Notes: generated from the letters alone by a model not told the origin. DNA of 64,000 bases from an uncultured Cytophagales bacterium (GCA_963832285.1 CAWHTP010000007.1:43998-107997); one strand, 5' to 3'; counted from the stretch's first letter, positions 1 to 10,193 are shown. Translations and numbers: made by a program.

Positions 1-412
1 CATTGCATCCTTTAGCTCTGTCCAATAAAATACCTACATAATACTCTTTCGGTTCGTTTTCACCCGGGTAATATACATCTTGGGCAATAAGAACTTTATT
101 AACTTTTTTACCTTCAGCACCTGTTTGGTGAGTTACTAAAGTACCACCCAAAATAGCCTCTGCTTTTGGTGCAACTTCATCCAAGCTCTTAGCCAAAACC
201 ACACCGTTCGATCCGGTTTCGTTAACCTTACCTTTTCCTCTACCACCGGCATGTATCTGTGCTTTTATCACATACCATTCCGTTCCTGTTTCCTTGTTTA
301 GCTTCTCAGCTGCAGCTTTAGCCTCAGCACCTGTAGCGGCAACAATTCCTTTCTGAATAGTTACTCCGTGCTTTTCAAGTATTTCTTTTGCTTGATATTC
401 GTGTATGTTCAT
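1..412 (-). CDS. sucC: succinate--CoA ligase (ADP-forming) beta subunit, N-terminal part; the rest is off the window
   Basis: Reverse-strand translation from the ATG at 412..410 reads [63 protein letters not shown]..., the typical SucC ATP-grasp N-terminus. It has no stop in the window, so it is missing from the ORF track. Confidence 0.85.
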   Translation of the reverse strand, partial: MNIHEYQAKEILEKHGVTIQKGIVAATGAEAKAAAEKLNKETGTEWYVIKAQIHAGGRGKGKVNETGSNGVVLAKSLDEVAPKAEAILGGTLVTHQTGAEGKKVNKVLIAQDVYYPGENEPKEYYVGILLDRAKGCN

Positions 413-524
413 GCTTGGATAAATTTTTGCACGAATGTACGGCAATATTACTAAATAGTCAACCTGATTTGGGTTTCAATGCACTATTCGTTTTTCATAA
501 GCTGCACAAAGTGGATTTGATTAC

Positions 525-532
525 TATATTTG
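525..532 (+). promoter_or_regulatory. Bacteroidota-type -7 box TATATTTG (TAnnTTTG)
   Basis: Exact TAnnTTTG match ending 5 nt before the ATG at 537. No clear -33 TTTG at canonical spacing. Confidence 0.4.
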
Positions 533-536
533 CTTC

Positions 537-1202
537 ATGAGCATTTTGGTTGCAAAAAATATTGTAAAGCGTTACGATAATCTAACAGTTTTAAATGGTG
601 TTGATTTTCAGATTGATAGCGCACAAATAAAAGCTATTGTGGGCCCTAGCGGTGCAGGGAAAAGTACGCTCTTACATATTCTTGGCACTTTGGATGGTAG
701 CGATGAGGGCGATTTGCAGATTAATGAGCAATCGGTAAGCAGCCTAAATAAAAAAGCATTGGCGGCATTCAGAAATAAAAAAATAGGTTTTGTATTCCAA
801 TTTCATAACCTGCTACCGGAGTTTACCGCTGCGGAAAATATTGCCATCCCGGCTTATGTTGCAGGTAAAAAGCAAAGGGAGGTTGATAAAAAGGTAAATG
901 AGTTAATGAAATTATTAGCGATCGATTCACGAGCCAGTCATAAACCTGCACAACTCAGTGGGGGCGAGCAACAAAGAGTAGCTGTTGCGCGTGCGCTCAT
1001 TAATGCCCCGGGAATTATTTTTGCCGATGAACCGAGTGGTAACCTCGACTCTAAAAATGCTGAAGACCTACACCAACTTTTCTTAAGATTACGTGATGAG
1101 CTAGGCCAGGCATTTGTAATTGTAACCCATAATAAAGAGCTGGCGCAAATGGCCGATGAGCGTCATGAAATGCGCGATGGTAAATTAACGCATCAGCTTT
1201 AG
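537..1202 (+). CDS. ABC transporter ATP-binding protein, LolD/MacB-like
   Basis: Walker A GPSGAGKST, signature LSGGEQQRVAVARA and Walker B IIFADEPSGNLD. Its 221 aa length is typical of LolD-type ATPases. Confidence 0.85.
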   Translation: MSILVAKNIVKRYDNLTVLNGVDFQIDSAQIKAIVGPSGAGKSTLLHILGTLDGSDEGDLQINEQSVSSLNKKALAAFRNKKIGFVFQFHNLLPEFTAAENIAIPAYVAGKKQREVDKKVNELMKLLAIDSRASHKPAQLSGGEQQRVAVARALINAPGIIFADEPSGNLDSKNAEDLHQLFLRLRDELGQAFVIVTHNKELAQMADERHEMRDGKLTHQL

Positions 1203-1473
1203 CATTTTTGCGGAGAATAAGTTTTCTATAAGCCTAGTTTGAAGTGAGTTCGTATCCTTATTTCTAAACGCAAATGGTTTTCAATAAAAAAAATACTTAA
1301 TTGCTTAGGCTGAATCCTCATTTATATACCGGTCAATATTCAAGTAGATCCACAATGGGTTAGTAAATTTTCTTTCTTTTGGTCTGAATATTATCTACTC
1401 GAAAAAGCGCTCAACTATCGTAGTAAAATATTAAAAATAGGCCTTCAAAATCAAACCATGTAGAATAACAAAT

Positions 1474-2850
1474 CTACAATTCAAACTTAATACTTACTGT
1501 TACTGTATCCTGTTCCGGTGCATCGTTTCTATTAGCCGGCAACCATGCCGGCCCTTCTTTTATCAATCTGATAGCCTCAGCATCGCAGGCACTGCTTAAA
1601 CTTTTCAATACGGTGAAGTTGCTAAGTGAGCCATCCGTATTTACTACAAAACGTATCCGTACTTTGCCTTCTAAACGAGCTGCTTTGGCTGCATCAGGAT
1701 ATTGAAGCTGCTCGCTTACATATTTCTTAAAGGCACTTTTACCCTTCTCAGGTTTAGCAGCATTATAAGTGTCAGGTTTATTTTGGTCTTCGCCATAAGC
1801 AGTTACTACTACTTCCGAAAGTTGCCTTACATCCGAATTCAAGGCTATTTCAAGATTTTCTCTACTATTAATAGATACCTCTTCACTTTCCATTCCAATA
1901 AAACTTGCAATCAGAATATCATCATAACCAGCCTCAATTTCAAAAGTACCGTCAATGGCAGTAGTAACGCCTTGGTTTGTACTTTTAACCAGCACACTTA
2001 CACCCGGTAGTTCTTCTCCTGTTTCAGCATCAATTATTTTTCCGCTTATAAGCGTTGTAGATATGCTCTTTTTAGAGGCCATACTTCTTTCGCTAGCCTG
2101 TATGTTTGATCTTGCAACCGGCATTGAGGCAGGTGCAATTTCTGTCTTCTGCTCATATGCAATAATCGCCTCATCCTCTTTTATTTCCATCACTACATCC
2201 TCCAAATCAGTGGTGTTATCTTCTATTGCAGGTAAATCTGCTATAGCTATCCCTGCCGACTTATTTTTTAGTGGTTCATTAAATACTTCGTCCTTTTCAG
2301 GAATTCCCCTTTCTTCCGCATCAGCCAGTGTTTGCACAGGTATTTCAGTAATTAGCTTTTTATTGGCATTCAAGGTATTCTTTTTAGGTGTTGAGGCGTT
2401 TGAGCTTTCTTCTTCACCTGTAGTTTTGGCGGTAGGAGCCTCGGCTATTTCTGGTTTGTCTTCCGCTAACTGAATCATATCATCTGCTTGTAAACTAATG
2501 GGATTAATTTCCGGTCTGTTGCCCATAAAATAAACTAATAGAACCGCAGCCAATAACAGCAAAGCAAAACTAGCGGCATACGGCAAGGCTTTGCGCCATA
2601 GCGGAATTACTTTAGGCTGTTCATCGGTTTCAAATCGGTCTGCTAAACGCTGCTTTAAACCGGGTAAATCTTCCAGCGCAGCCGGGGTTGCCTCATAGCC
2701 CTCCATGGCTTCGGCCTCAAAAGTATTGTTGAGTAAGTATTTTTCTATCTTGTGCTGCATAGCCGGGCTAAGTTCATTAGCCAGATAAGCACGCATTTGT
2801 TCAGCGGTTAACTCCTTTAATGGTTCAATATGTTTATTATTTTTAGCCAC
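1474..2850 (-). CDS. anti-sigma factor-like membrane protein with CarboxypepD_reg-like and TonB C-terminal domains
   Basis: Its start overlaps the stop of the upstream ECF sigma gene. It has one TM segment (ALPYAASFALLLLAAVLLVYF) and an acidic linker. A GKIIDAETGEELPGVSVLVKSTNQGVTTAIDGTFEIE motif marks the CarboxypepD_reg domain. The C-terminus EGKVRIRFVVNTDGSLSNFTVLKS resembles TonB_C. Confidence 0.7.
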   Translation of the reverse strand: MAKNNKHIEPLKELTAEQMRAYLANELSPAMQHKIEKYLLNNTFEAEAMEGYEATPAALEDLPGLKQRLADRFETDEQPKVIPLWRKALPYAASFALLLLAAVLLVYFMGNRPEINPISLQADDMIQLAEDKPEIAEAPTAKTTGEEESSNASTPKKNTLNANKKLITEIPVQTLADAEERGIPEKDEVFNEPLKNKSAGIAIADLPAIEDNTTDLEDVVMEIKEDEAIIAYEQKTEIAPASMPVARSNIQASERSMASKKSISTTLISGKIIDAETGEELPGVSVLVKSTNQGVTTAIDGTFEIEAGYDDILIASFIGMESEEVSINSRENLEIALNSDVRQLSEVVVTAYGEDQNKPDTYNAAKPEKGKSAFKKYVSEQLQYPDAAKAARLEGKVRIRFVVNTDGSLSNFTVLKSLSSACDAEAIRLIKEGPAWLPANRNDAPEQDTVTVSIKFEL

Positions 2851-3419
2851 TAGTCACGTTTTTCCATGCATAATTTTAAGTTGCGCTTTCCATTTTGGAT
2901 GTAACTCTTAACTTTTTTAAGCTCAAAAGAGGTGAGCGCTTCAATTTCCTGATAACTTTTGCTATCCAAGTAAAACAGCGCGACACATTGTTTTTGTTCG
3001 ACTTTTAGCTTTTCTAAACAACTATTAAGTAGTTCAATCTGCTCCTCATCCACAGCGCCTTCCCCTTCATGATGCACATTCACTTCATTTTCCATAAAGT
3101 TTAGGTGGCTTTCTTCCAGTGGGACGCTACCACCGCTTTTCTGCTTTCTGAGCAGCATTAAGCAATAGTTTTTAGTAAGTACGTACAACCAGCTTTTAAA
3201 ATTAGCTATCTCAAATTTAGGGAGTTTCACTATAAGCTCCTCAAAAATAGCCATCACACCATCTTGTGCTTGCGCTCGGTCCTTTAAGTATTTTAAGCAA
3301 ACCCCGTACACCAAGGGCATATAAGGTTCATAAAGCAAACCTAATGTAGTTAAATCGCCATGCTCCCGGTAACTTTTAACTAGATCAGCATCTTTTGATA
3401 TATCTTTTGTGGTGCGCAC
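2850..3419 (-). CDS. RNA polymerase ECF-type sigma-70 factor
   Basis: 189 aa with region-2-like YEPYMPLVYGVCLKYL and region-4-like YQEIEALTSFELKKVKSYIQNGKRNLK. Apparent GTG start. Confidence 0.8.
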   Translation of the reverse strand: MRTTKDISKDADLVKSYREHGDLTTLGLLYEPYMPLVYGVCLKYLKDRAQAQDGVMAIFEELIVKLPKFEIANFKSWLYVLTKNYCLMLLRKQKSGGSVPLEESHLNFMENEVNVHHEGEGAVDEEQIELLNSCLEKLKVEQKQCVALFYLDSKSYQEIEALTSFELKKVKSYIQNGKRNLKLCMEKRD

Positions 3420-3650
3420 TTACAATTATATAATTTCGAAAATTACATTGAACAAAAGCTGATCATTTGATATTGATTTTCAAGTTGTTGCCTAGTAGGC
3501 AGTATGTATCAAAGTGGAAGTTAAAAGTATTTTTCATTGTGCACCAAGCGCATCGGCAAACAAATTTTTCAGAATATTTTCATTTTTTTTATGGAATCCT
3601 TTCAATCCTTGCATCCTCTAAGCAAAATGTTTCATTTAAAATTTAAGATT

Positions 3651-5526
3651 ATGAAAAAGTCAGCAGTATTTTATTTCGCTTTATTGTGCATGTTTTCCTT
3701 CCTCTCTTACGGAGAATACATGCCGCAAACAGTAACAGGAACAGTGACAGATACGCAAACAGGAGATGCACTTCCCGGGGTAAACGTTTTGATAAAAGGT
3801 ACTAAAACAGGCGTTACCACAAATATCGATGGTAAATATACCATCACCTTTGACAAACCAAATGCCGTTTTAGTCTTTACTTTCATCGGCATGCAAAAGC
3901 TGGAGGTAAAAGTTGTAGGTCAAAAGGTAATTGATGTGCAAATGGAAAATGACCAGCACCAACTTTCAGAGGTAGTGATAAGTGGTAAAGAGGGTAAAAT
4001 TACATCGCTCTTTAGTAAAAATCATAGCAGCCCGATGCATGAAATGGAGGCCGCAGATCAAAGCATGCTATATACAAGATCAATAGCCTACCCACAACCA
4101 AGCAATACAGAAGAATATGAAGGCTTACCGGAAAATACATTTATGGAAGCAGGCCAACATCCGCTTTCCACTTTCTCTATAGATGTAGATGCCGCTTCTT
4201 ATGCCAATATCCGTAGGTTCATTAATAATGGGCAAACACCGCCAAAAGCTGCGGTACGAATAGAGGAAATGATTAATTATTTCGATTACGATTATAAGCA
4301 GCCAAGCGGTAAGGATCCGTTTTCCATCAATAGTGAAGTATCGCAGGCACCTTGGAATAGCAAGCACCAACTTGTACACATTGGCTTGCAGGGTAAGGAT
4401 ATTCCTACGGATAATCTGCCGGCTTCCAATTTAGTATTTCTGATAGATGTTTCCGGCTCTATGTCAGCTCAAAATAAGCTGCCATTGCTAAAAACAGGCT
4501 TTAAAATGCTTGTTAATCAGTTAAGAGCGGAGGACAAGGTATCAATTGTTGTGTATGCGGGTGCAGCGGGTTGCGTGCTGCCAACCACTTCCGGCAACGA
4601 TAAAAATAAGATTATGGAAGCACTAACAAACCTACAGGCAGGTGGCTCTACTGCCGGAGGTGCCGGTATAAATTTAGCCTATAAAATGGCGAAAGATAAC
4701 TTTGTAGAGGGTGGGAATAATAGGATTATACTTGCCACCGATGGTGATTTTAATGTAGGAGCCAGCAGCAATGAAGCCATGGAAGATTTGATAGAGGACA
4801 AGCGAAAAGAGGGTGTTTTTCTCACTGTTTTAGGCTTTGGAATGGGTAATTACAAAGATAGTAAAATGGAAATATTAGCTGACAAAGGAAATGGAAACTA
4901 CGCATATATCGATAATATGCAGGAAGCTAAAAAAGTACTTGGTAAATGAATTTGGCGGTACACTATTTACCATTGCTAAAGATGTAAAAATACAGGTTGA
5001 ATTCAACCCTGCCAACGTAGCAGCCTACCGTTTAGTGGGGTATGAGAACCGGAAATTGCAGGCAGAAGATTTTAATAATGATAAGAAAGATGCCGGAGAA
5101 TTAGGTTCCGGACATACGGTAACCGCACTTTATGAGATCATCCCCGTTGGCGTTGATAGTTACTTTAAACCTATTGATGAGTTGAAATACCAGAAAGATA
5201 AACCGGCAGCCACCAAAGCCACTTATGGCGATGAACTACTTACAGTAAAGTTCCGATACAAAGCGCCAGATGCAGCCGTAAGCAAACTTATTGTTAAAAC
5301 GGTAGCTAACAAATCAGTCGCTTTGGAGCAATCATCCGACAATTTGAAATGGAGCGCAGCTGTGGCCACCTTTGGTATGCTACTCAAAAATTCCGATTAT
5401 TTGCATGATGCGGACTACAGAATGGTGCTCAAATTGGCAAAGGAAGCAAGAGGAGCTGATAGTAATGGTTACAGAATTGAGTTTATCAACTTAGTGGAAA
5501 CAAGCCAGCTAATGGCTAAAAACTGA
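3651..5526 (+). pseudogene. von Willebrand factor type A domain protein (YfbK-like, N-terminal CarboxypepD_reg domain), split by a frameshift near 4929..4943
   Basis: ORFs 3537..4949 and 4891..5526 are two halves of one vWA/DUF3520-type protein. The first ends ...YAYIDNMQEAKKVLGK*. The second continues LVNEFGGTLFTIAKDVKIQVEFNP in the +1 frame. The MIDAS-like motif is LIDVSGSMS. The likely true start is MKKSAVFYFALL at 3651. Confidence 0.75.
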
Positions 5527-5540
5527 GCATATACGGAGTA

Positions 5541-5597
5541 AATGAAACAAGCATCAGCAACCTTAATCAATTTTAGGTAGGCTGATGCTTGTTCATT
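5541..5597 (+). terminator. long inverted repeat downstream of the vWA gene (possible terminator)
   Basis: AATGAAACAAGCATCAGC ... GCTGATGCTTGTTCATT forms a stem of about 17 bp with one bulge and a loop of about 22 nt. There is no clear T-run after it. Confidence 0.4.
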
Positions 5598-5688
5598 ACA
5601 TAAATCAGCTAATCTTACCACATTCTCCTAACATATTATGCACGAACTTATTACCTTTAACCATCGTTTTAAGCTCAAAAATTAATCT

Positions 5689-6172
5689 ATGTACGTTCCC
5701 TTTGATCAATTGAACCAAAATGCTCGCGTTTGGGTGTATCAGGCAGAAAGAAAACTAACCGATCAAGAGGTCGATATCATTTATGAAGCAGGGAGCTAGT
5801 TTTGCTGCCGAGTGGACGGCCCATAGCAAAGCTTTGAAGTCTTCCATCACCGTGCAATTCAATCAGTTTATTATCCTCTCAGTAGATGAAACCGCTGCAC
5901 CTGCCACCGGTTGTTCTATTGATAAATCAGTACATTTTATAAAAGCTATGGAAAAGGAGTTGGAAGTTTCTTTACTAAATAAATCACAAGTGGCCTATAT
6001 GGAAGAAGGGGAGGTGAAGCTTGTTCCACTACCAAAGATTAAAGAGAAGGTTAATGCGGGAACTATTGCTGCGGAAAGCATTATATTTAATAACATGGTA
6101 ACCGATCTAAAGGGCTTAAAAAACCAATGGCAAGTACCTGCCGGTACAAGCTGGATGAGCCGATACTTCTAA
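5689..6172 (+). pseudogene. small conserved Bacteroidota hypothetical protein, apparently frameshifted near 5790..5799
   Basis: ATG 5689 opens a 36-codon frame (MYVPFDQLNQNARVWVYQAERKLTDQEVDIIYEAGS*) that stops at TAG 5797..5799. The ORF 5783..6172 (..ASFAAEWTAHSKALKSSITVQFNQFIILSVDE..GCSIDKSV..) continues in the next frame. Removing one base from GGGAGCT would join them. Confidence 0.5.
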
Positions 6173-6237
6173 TATATGTTTTCAATATTTTTTTCGTTTA
6201 AGTTTTATTGCCCTACTTTGATTACAATTTTGCACCT

Positions 6238-8286
6238 ATGAGGCTCAGGCTTATTTTTGTTTTGTTTACTACTTTCGTCCTCTCGGCTTGCTCTGTTTAT
6301 AATAAAGCAGAGAAGAAGTTTCAACAGGGAGAGTACGATGTTGCCATAGATTACTACAAAAAAGTAATTAAAGCTGATGGTGAAGAAAAGGCCAAAGCAC
6401 TGTATTATACTGCTGAAGCTTACCGGCTATCCAACAGACTTGAAATGGCTACACCTTTTTATAAAGCAGCCATTGATGCAGACGAAAGCAACCAGAATGC
6501 CTACTACTTTTATGCACGCGGTTTAAAAGCAAATTCAAATTATGAGGAGGCGCGCAGCATACTTGAACAAAATATAGCAAATATTGAAGATGGCGAACTG
6601 AAAGACTTAATGAGGGCTGAGCTAAACAACCTCGATAATATTAACCGGATATTGGAAGACAGTTCCCTCTATACAGTTAGCAATTTAAAAGCTGTTAACA
6701 CTAAAGCTGCTGAATATGCGCCATTTTATTACAACGGACATCTTTACTTCACATCCACCAGAAGCAACGATCGTGTTTATAAAGCCACGGGCGATGGATT
6801 TTCAGATATTTACAAAGTTAAAACGCAGGGTGCAAAAATTGATACCACCACTACGCAAATGCTTCCCTCAGTTATTAACTGGCCTAATGCTAATGAAGGC
6901 TCTGTAGCCATCACCTCCGATGGCCGCACCATGGTATTTGCAAAAGGCAATACAGGTAAGCGCAAAGGTGCCAACGATGTGAACTTATACATTACAAGGT
7001 ATAGAAATAAGAAATGGTCAGAGCCACAATTAATGGACATAAACGATCCTACTGCCTGGAACTCTACCCCTTCCTTCAGTTCCGATAACAGAACGCTGTA
7101 CTTTGCCTCTACTAGAGGAGGCGGCTTTGGAGGTACTGATATTTACTCAGCAACAGTAAATAGCAGAGGTCGCTGGGGAAATGTGCGTAATTTGGGGGAT
7201 AAAGTAAATACAGCAGAAGATGAAATGTTTCCCTCCACAAGTGAGGATGGTAAGCTGTATTTCAGCTCTAATGGGCATCCTGGTTTTGGTAAACTCGATT
7301 TATTTACTGCCGAAAGAAAAGGCGGACGCACGGTTATTTCTCATCTGGGAGCACCTATGAATTCCAATAAGGATGATTTTGCACTGTTTCTTTATGCGCC
7401 CGACAGAGGCTTTTTCTCCTCCGATAGAGATGGTGGTATCGGTAGAGATGATATTTATACCTTCAAAAATGAAGATCCTAATCTAAAAATTGTGAATTAC
7501 TACTTGGCAGGAACCACCACCACGCGCAACAACAATAACCAAGAAGTGATTCTGCCGGGTACGCAGGTAAAATTTTATTCTTCGGATAGTGTGTTAATAG
7601 GAGAAGTAGTAACCGGACAAGAGGGTAAATTTAGTTATAGAGTGAGTGAGGAGGAAGATTATTTTATAATAGCCGATAAAGCAGATTATTTCACTACCAG
7701 AAAATTATTTTCTACCAAAGGGAAAAGCCTGGATAGGAGTAAATTAACAGAGCTGGTTACTAATAAAACCTTTGAGGTATCCATTTTATTGGAAGAAATT
7801 GTGTTAGACAAAGCCTTCGAATTAGAAAATATCTATTACGATTTCGATTCAGCCAACATTAGAGCTGATGCGGCTGTAGAGCTAGATAAACTTGTAACCA
7901 TTTTGAACGATAATCCGCCCATTAAAATTGAGCTGAGCTCGCATACTGATAGCAGGGGAGAACCGAGCTACAATTTAGATTTATCTAAGAGAAGGGCTGA
8001 ATCTGCTGTGGCTTATATAATTAGCCAGGGTATTAGTGCCAACAGAATTAAGGCAAAAGGTTATGGTGAGAGCCGCTTGATTATTAAAGATGCCCAAACG
8101 GAGGAAGACCATGAAGTAAACCGTAGAACCGAGTTCAAAGTAACAGAATATGACAAAGAAATTGCGCGCCAAATCCGAGAGGCGGAGGATGCCCTTTTTA
8201 AAAGAAAGACTGTAGAAGTTGAAGTTATTGACGAACGAGAAGCACCTGTTAAAAAGGAAAAGGAAGATGAGTTCGATTTTAATTAA
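6238..8286 (+). CDS. OmpA-family lipoprotein with TPR, TolB-like beta-propeller repeats and a C-terminal OmpA domain
   Basis: Lipoprotein signal MRLRLIFVLFTTFVLSAC. Repeated FSSDxRTLYFAS / GGxDIY PD40-like motifs. The C-terminus NIYYDFDSANIR...HTDSRG...YNLDLSKRRAESA...NRRTEF is a classic OmpA_C. Confidence 0.85.
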   Translation: MRLRLIFVLFTTFVLSACSVYNKAEKKFQQGEYDVAIDYYKKVIKADGEEKAKALYYTAEAYRLSNRLEMATPFYKAAIDADESNQNAYYFYARGLKANSNYEEARSILEQNIANIEDGELKDLMRAELNNLDNINRILEDSSLYTVSNLKAVNTKAAEYAPFYYNGHLYFTSTRSNDRVYKATGDGFSDIYKVKTQGAKIDTTTTQMLPSVINWPNANEGSVAITSDGRTMVFAKGNTGKRKGANDVNLYITRYRNKKWSEPQLMDINDPTAWNSTPSFSSDNRTLYFASTRGGGFGGTDIYSATVNSRGRWGNVRNLGDKVNTAEDEMFPSTSEDGKLYFSSNGHPGFGKLDLFTAERKGGRTVISHLGAPMNSNKDDFALFLYAPDRGFFSSDRDGGIGRDDIYTFKNEDPNLKIVNYYLAGTTTTRNNNNQEVILPGTQVKFYSSDSVLIGEVVTGQEGKFSYRVSEEEDYFIIADKADYFTTRKLFSTKGKSLDRSKLTELVTNKTFEVSILLEEIVLDKAFELENIYYDFDSANIRADAAVELDKLVTILNDNPPIKIELSSHTDSRGEPSYNLDLSKRRAESAVAYIISQGISANRIKAKGYGESRLIIKDAQTEEDHEVNRRTEFKVTEYDKEIARQIREAEDALFKRKTVEVEVIDEREAPVKKEKEDEFDFN

Positions 8287-8325
8287 ACGAAAAGGAATTG
8301 CTATTTTAGCAATTCCTTTTCGTTT
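8285..8325. terminator. bidirectional intrinsic terminator between convergent genes
   Basis: Perfect 18-bp stem AAACGAAAAGGAATTGCT / AGCAATTCCTTTTCGTTT with a 5-nt loop. It lies between the + gene ending at 8286 and the - gene ending at 8344. Confidence 0.7.
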
Positions 8326-8343
8326 AATGGTATTCGTGCGTAT

Positions 8344-8964
8344 TTAAAATCCAATACTTAAGTAAATCTGAAGGACTGAATTCTTTCCTAAGGTGGCATC
8401 GCCTACTGAGGTATCCCATACCACATCATTCAAACCCAAATTATACCTGGCACCAACTGTAATTGCTTCAAAATCTAAGCCGGCATCAAAAGATACACCA
8501 TAATCAAATGAAGTAAAGTTATCCCTATCAAACTCTTCAACGCCATCTACATCTCCGTCATCATCAACAGACTTCAATTTAGCTGAAATTAATGTCGCCA
8601 AATAAGGACCGGCACCAATGTGAAAGTTTTCTACCGGATGAATATTGATTAACACAGGCAGTTCTACGTAATTGATAATGCCTCTGAACTCACCTTCACT
8701 TAAAAAATTATTATACTTAAAAGTTGAACCTTTCTGGCTAAATTCCAGACCCGGCTGTAAGCTTATAAAATCGTTGAGATAAGCGCGATAAAAAAGTCCG
8801 GCAGCAAAACCTACCTTTATATTTTCATCGTTTAATTCATCCCCACTATACCAATTCGATAAATTCAAGGCTCCTCGAATTCCTACTTGGTTTTCTTTAT
8901 CTTGAGAATAGCCGGTAAAAATAACTCCTAAAAATAATGCGATTAATAAAAATGTTTTTTTCAT
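8344..8964 (-). CDS. outer-membrane beta-barrel (porin-family) protein
   Basis: Signal peptide MKKTFLLIALFLGVIFTGYSQ, alternating beta-strand pattern and a terminal aromatic residue (..LSIGF). Confidence 0.7.
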   Translation of the reverse strand: MKKTFLLIALFLGVIFTGYSQDKENQVGIRGALNLSNWYSGDELNDENIKVGFAAGLFYRAYLNDFISLQPGLEFSQKGSTFKYNNFLSEGEFRGIINYVELPVLINIHPVENFHIGAGPYLATLISAKLKSVDDDGDVDGVEEFDRDNFTSFDYGVSFDAGLDFEAITVGARYNLGLNDVVWDTSVGDATLGKNSVLQIYLSIGF

Positions 8965-9338
8965 ATGATTAAAAAATTTAAGGTTAAAAAATGTATACTA
9001 TTATTAACTGTAATTTTGAATTTCGGTTACGATAAAGGCTTTAAATCTTTATAAAAAAAGTATTTATTCAAAGGCGTTATTCCAAATTTAAGTAAGGAAT
9101 TTGAGATAAAAGCACCAGAATGCTGTGGTACCTACCGGATGCTCTAGCTGTTTCCGGTATTAGTTATTTGTTAGATAAAATAAAGTGCTGCCGGGCTTTC
9201 AATCGCATTTATAAATTTGTCAATTAATAAGCAGGTGATTCGGCACACAAATATCATGTTGCAAGGTTTCCAATAGTATTATACGAAGATGCTCGTTTAT
9301 ATATCTTGCATGTACTTGGCTATTGGTATCACAACAAT

Positions 9339-9346
9339 TATATTTG
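9339..9346 (+). promoter_or_regulatory. -7 box TATATTTG
   Basis: Exact TAnnTTTG match 28 nt upstream of the ATG at 9374. Confidence 0.4.
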
Positions 9347-9373
9347 CTTGTTCAACAATACACATAATCCCTT

Positions 9374-10162
9374 ATGGCCGATTATAATAATTTGAAAGTA
9401 ACAAATGAACATGGTATTTTAACCATTACCATCAACAGACCTGACAAGCTCAATGCACTTAATATTGAAACTATTGAAGAGCTTAGAGTGGTTTTTCAGG
9501 AGCTTGTGTACGATGACGAAAATATTAAATCAGTAATATTAACAGGTGCTGGCGAAAAGGCTTTTGTTGCCGGAGCCGATATATCCGAAATAGCGGAGCT
9601 CAATGAAATGAATGGCCGAAAGTTTGCCGAAAACGGGCAGGAGGTCTTTAGCATGATTGAAAGATGCCATAAGCCTGTGATAGCAGCAGTAAATGGCTTT
9701 GCTTTGGGTGGCGGCTGCGAACTCGCCATGGCATGCCATTTCAGAATTGCCACACCAAATGCTAAATTTGGGCAACCCGAGGTCAATTTAGGTATTATTC
9801 CCGGTTATGGTGGCACGCAACGTTTACCGCAACTTATTGGTAAAGGAAAAGCCCTCGAGCTAATGATGACAGCCGACTTTATTGCGGCTGATGAGGCCAA
9901 AGCACTCGGACTGGTAAACCACATTGCCGATTCTCATGAGGCATTGCTGGAAATGGCGCTTGCTTTGTGTCAAAAAATAAATAGCAAGGCGCCTTTGGCC
10001 ATAGGTATGGTAATAGAAAGCGTTAACGCCTATTATACCAACGAGGAAAACGGATACCAAACGGAAGCCAATAGCTTTGCCTCTTGTTGTAAGTCGGAAG
10101 ATTTTAAGGAGGGTACAAAAGCATTTTTAGAAAAACGTTCTGCCGAATTTAAAGGTGAATAA
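9374..10162 (+). CDS. enoyl-CoA hydratase/isomerase (crotonase family)
   Basis: Crotonase motifs ILTGAGEKAFVAGADISE and AAVNGFALGGGCELAMACHFRIA. Confidence 0.9.
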   Translation: MADYNNLKVTNEHGILTITINRPDKLNALNIETIEELRVVFQELVYDDENIKSVILTGAGEKAFVAGADISEIAELNEMNGRKFAENGQEVFSMIERCHKPVIAAVNGFALGGGCELAMACHFRIATPNAKFGQPEVNLGIIPGYGGTQRLPQLIGKGKALELMMTADFIAADEAKALGLVNHIADSHEALLEMALALCQKINSKAPLAIGMVIESVNAYYTNEENGYQTEANSFASCCKSEDFKEGTKAFLEKRSAEFKGE

Positions 10163-10193
10163 ATCTTAATTGGCTAATAAAATAAGTAACATT

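Noticed and set aside
1702-2473. ORFs 1702..2010 and 1955..2473 on the plus strand
   Set aside because: They lie entirely antisense to the anti-sigma/TonB-C gene, have low-complexity composition and match no recognisable family. The same reasoning applies to other shadow ORFs, including 21540..22016, 23037..23360, 51058..51579, 50619..51086, 53563..53973, 58809..59183 and 62192..62557.
3537-3650. Long N-terminal extensions given by the ORF track (3537, 6208, 10192, 12142, 14894, 15672, 20054, 35011, 50175, 51058, 61707)
   Set aside because: In each case an internal Met begins a signal/lipoprotein or family-typical N-terminus, and the extension overlaps a neighbouring gene or terminator. The starts were trimmed accordingly.
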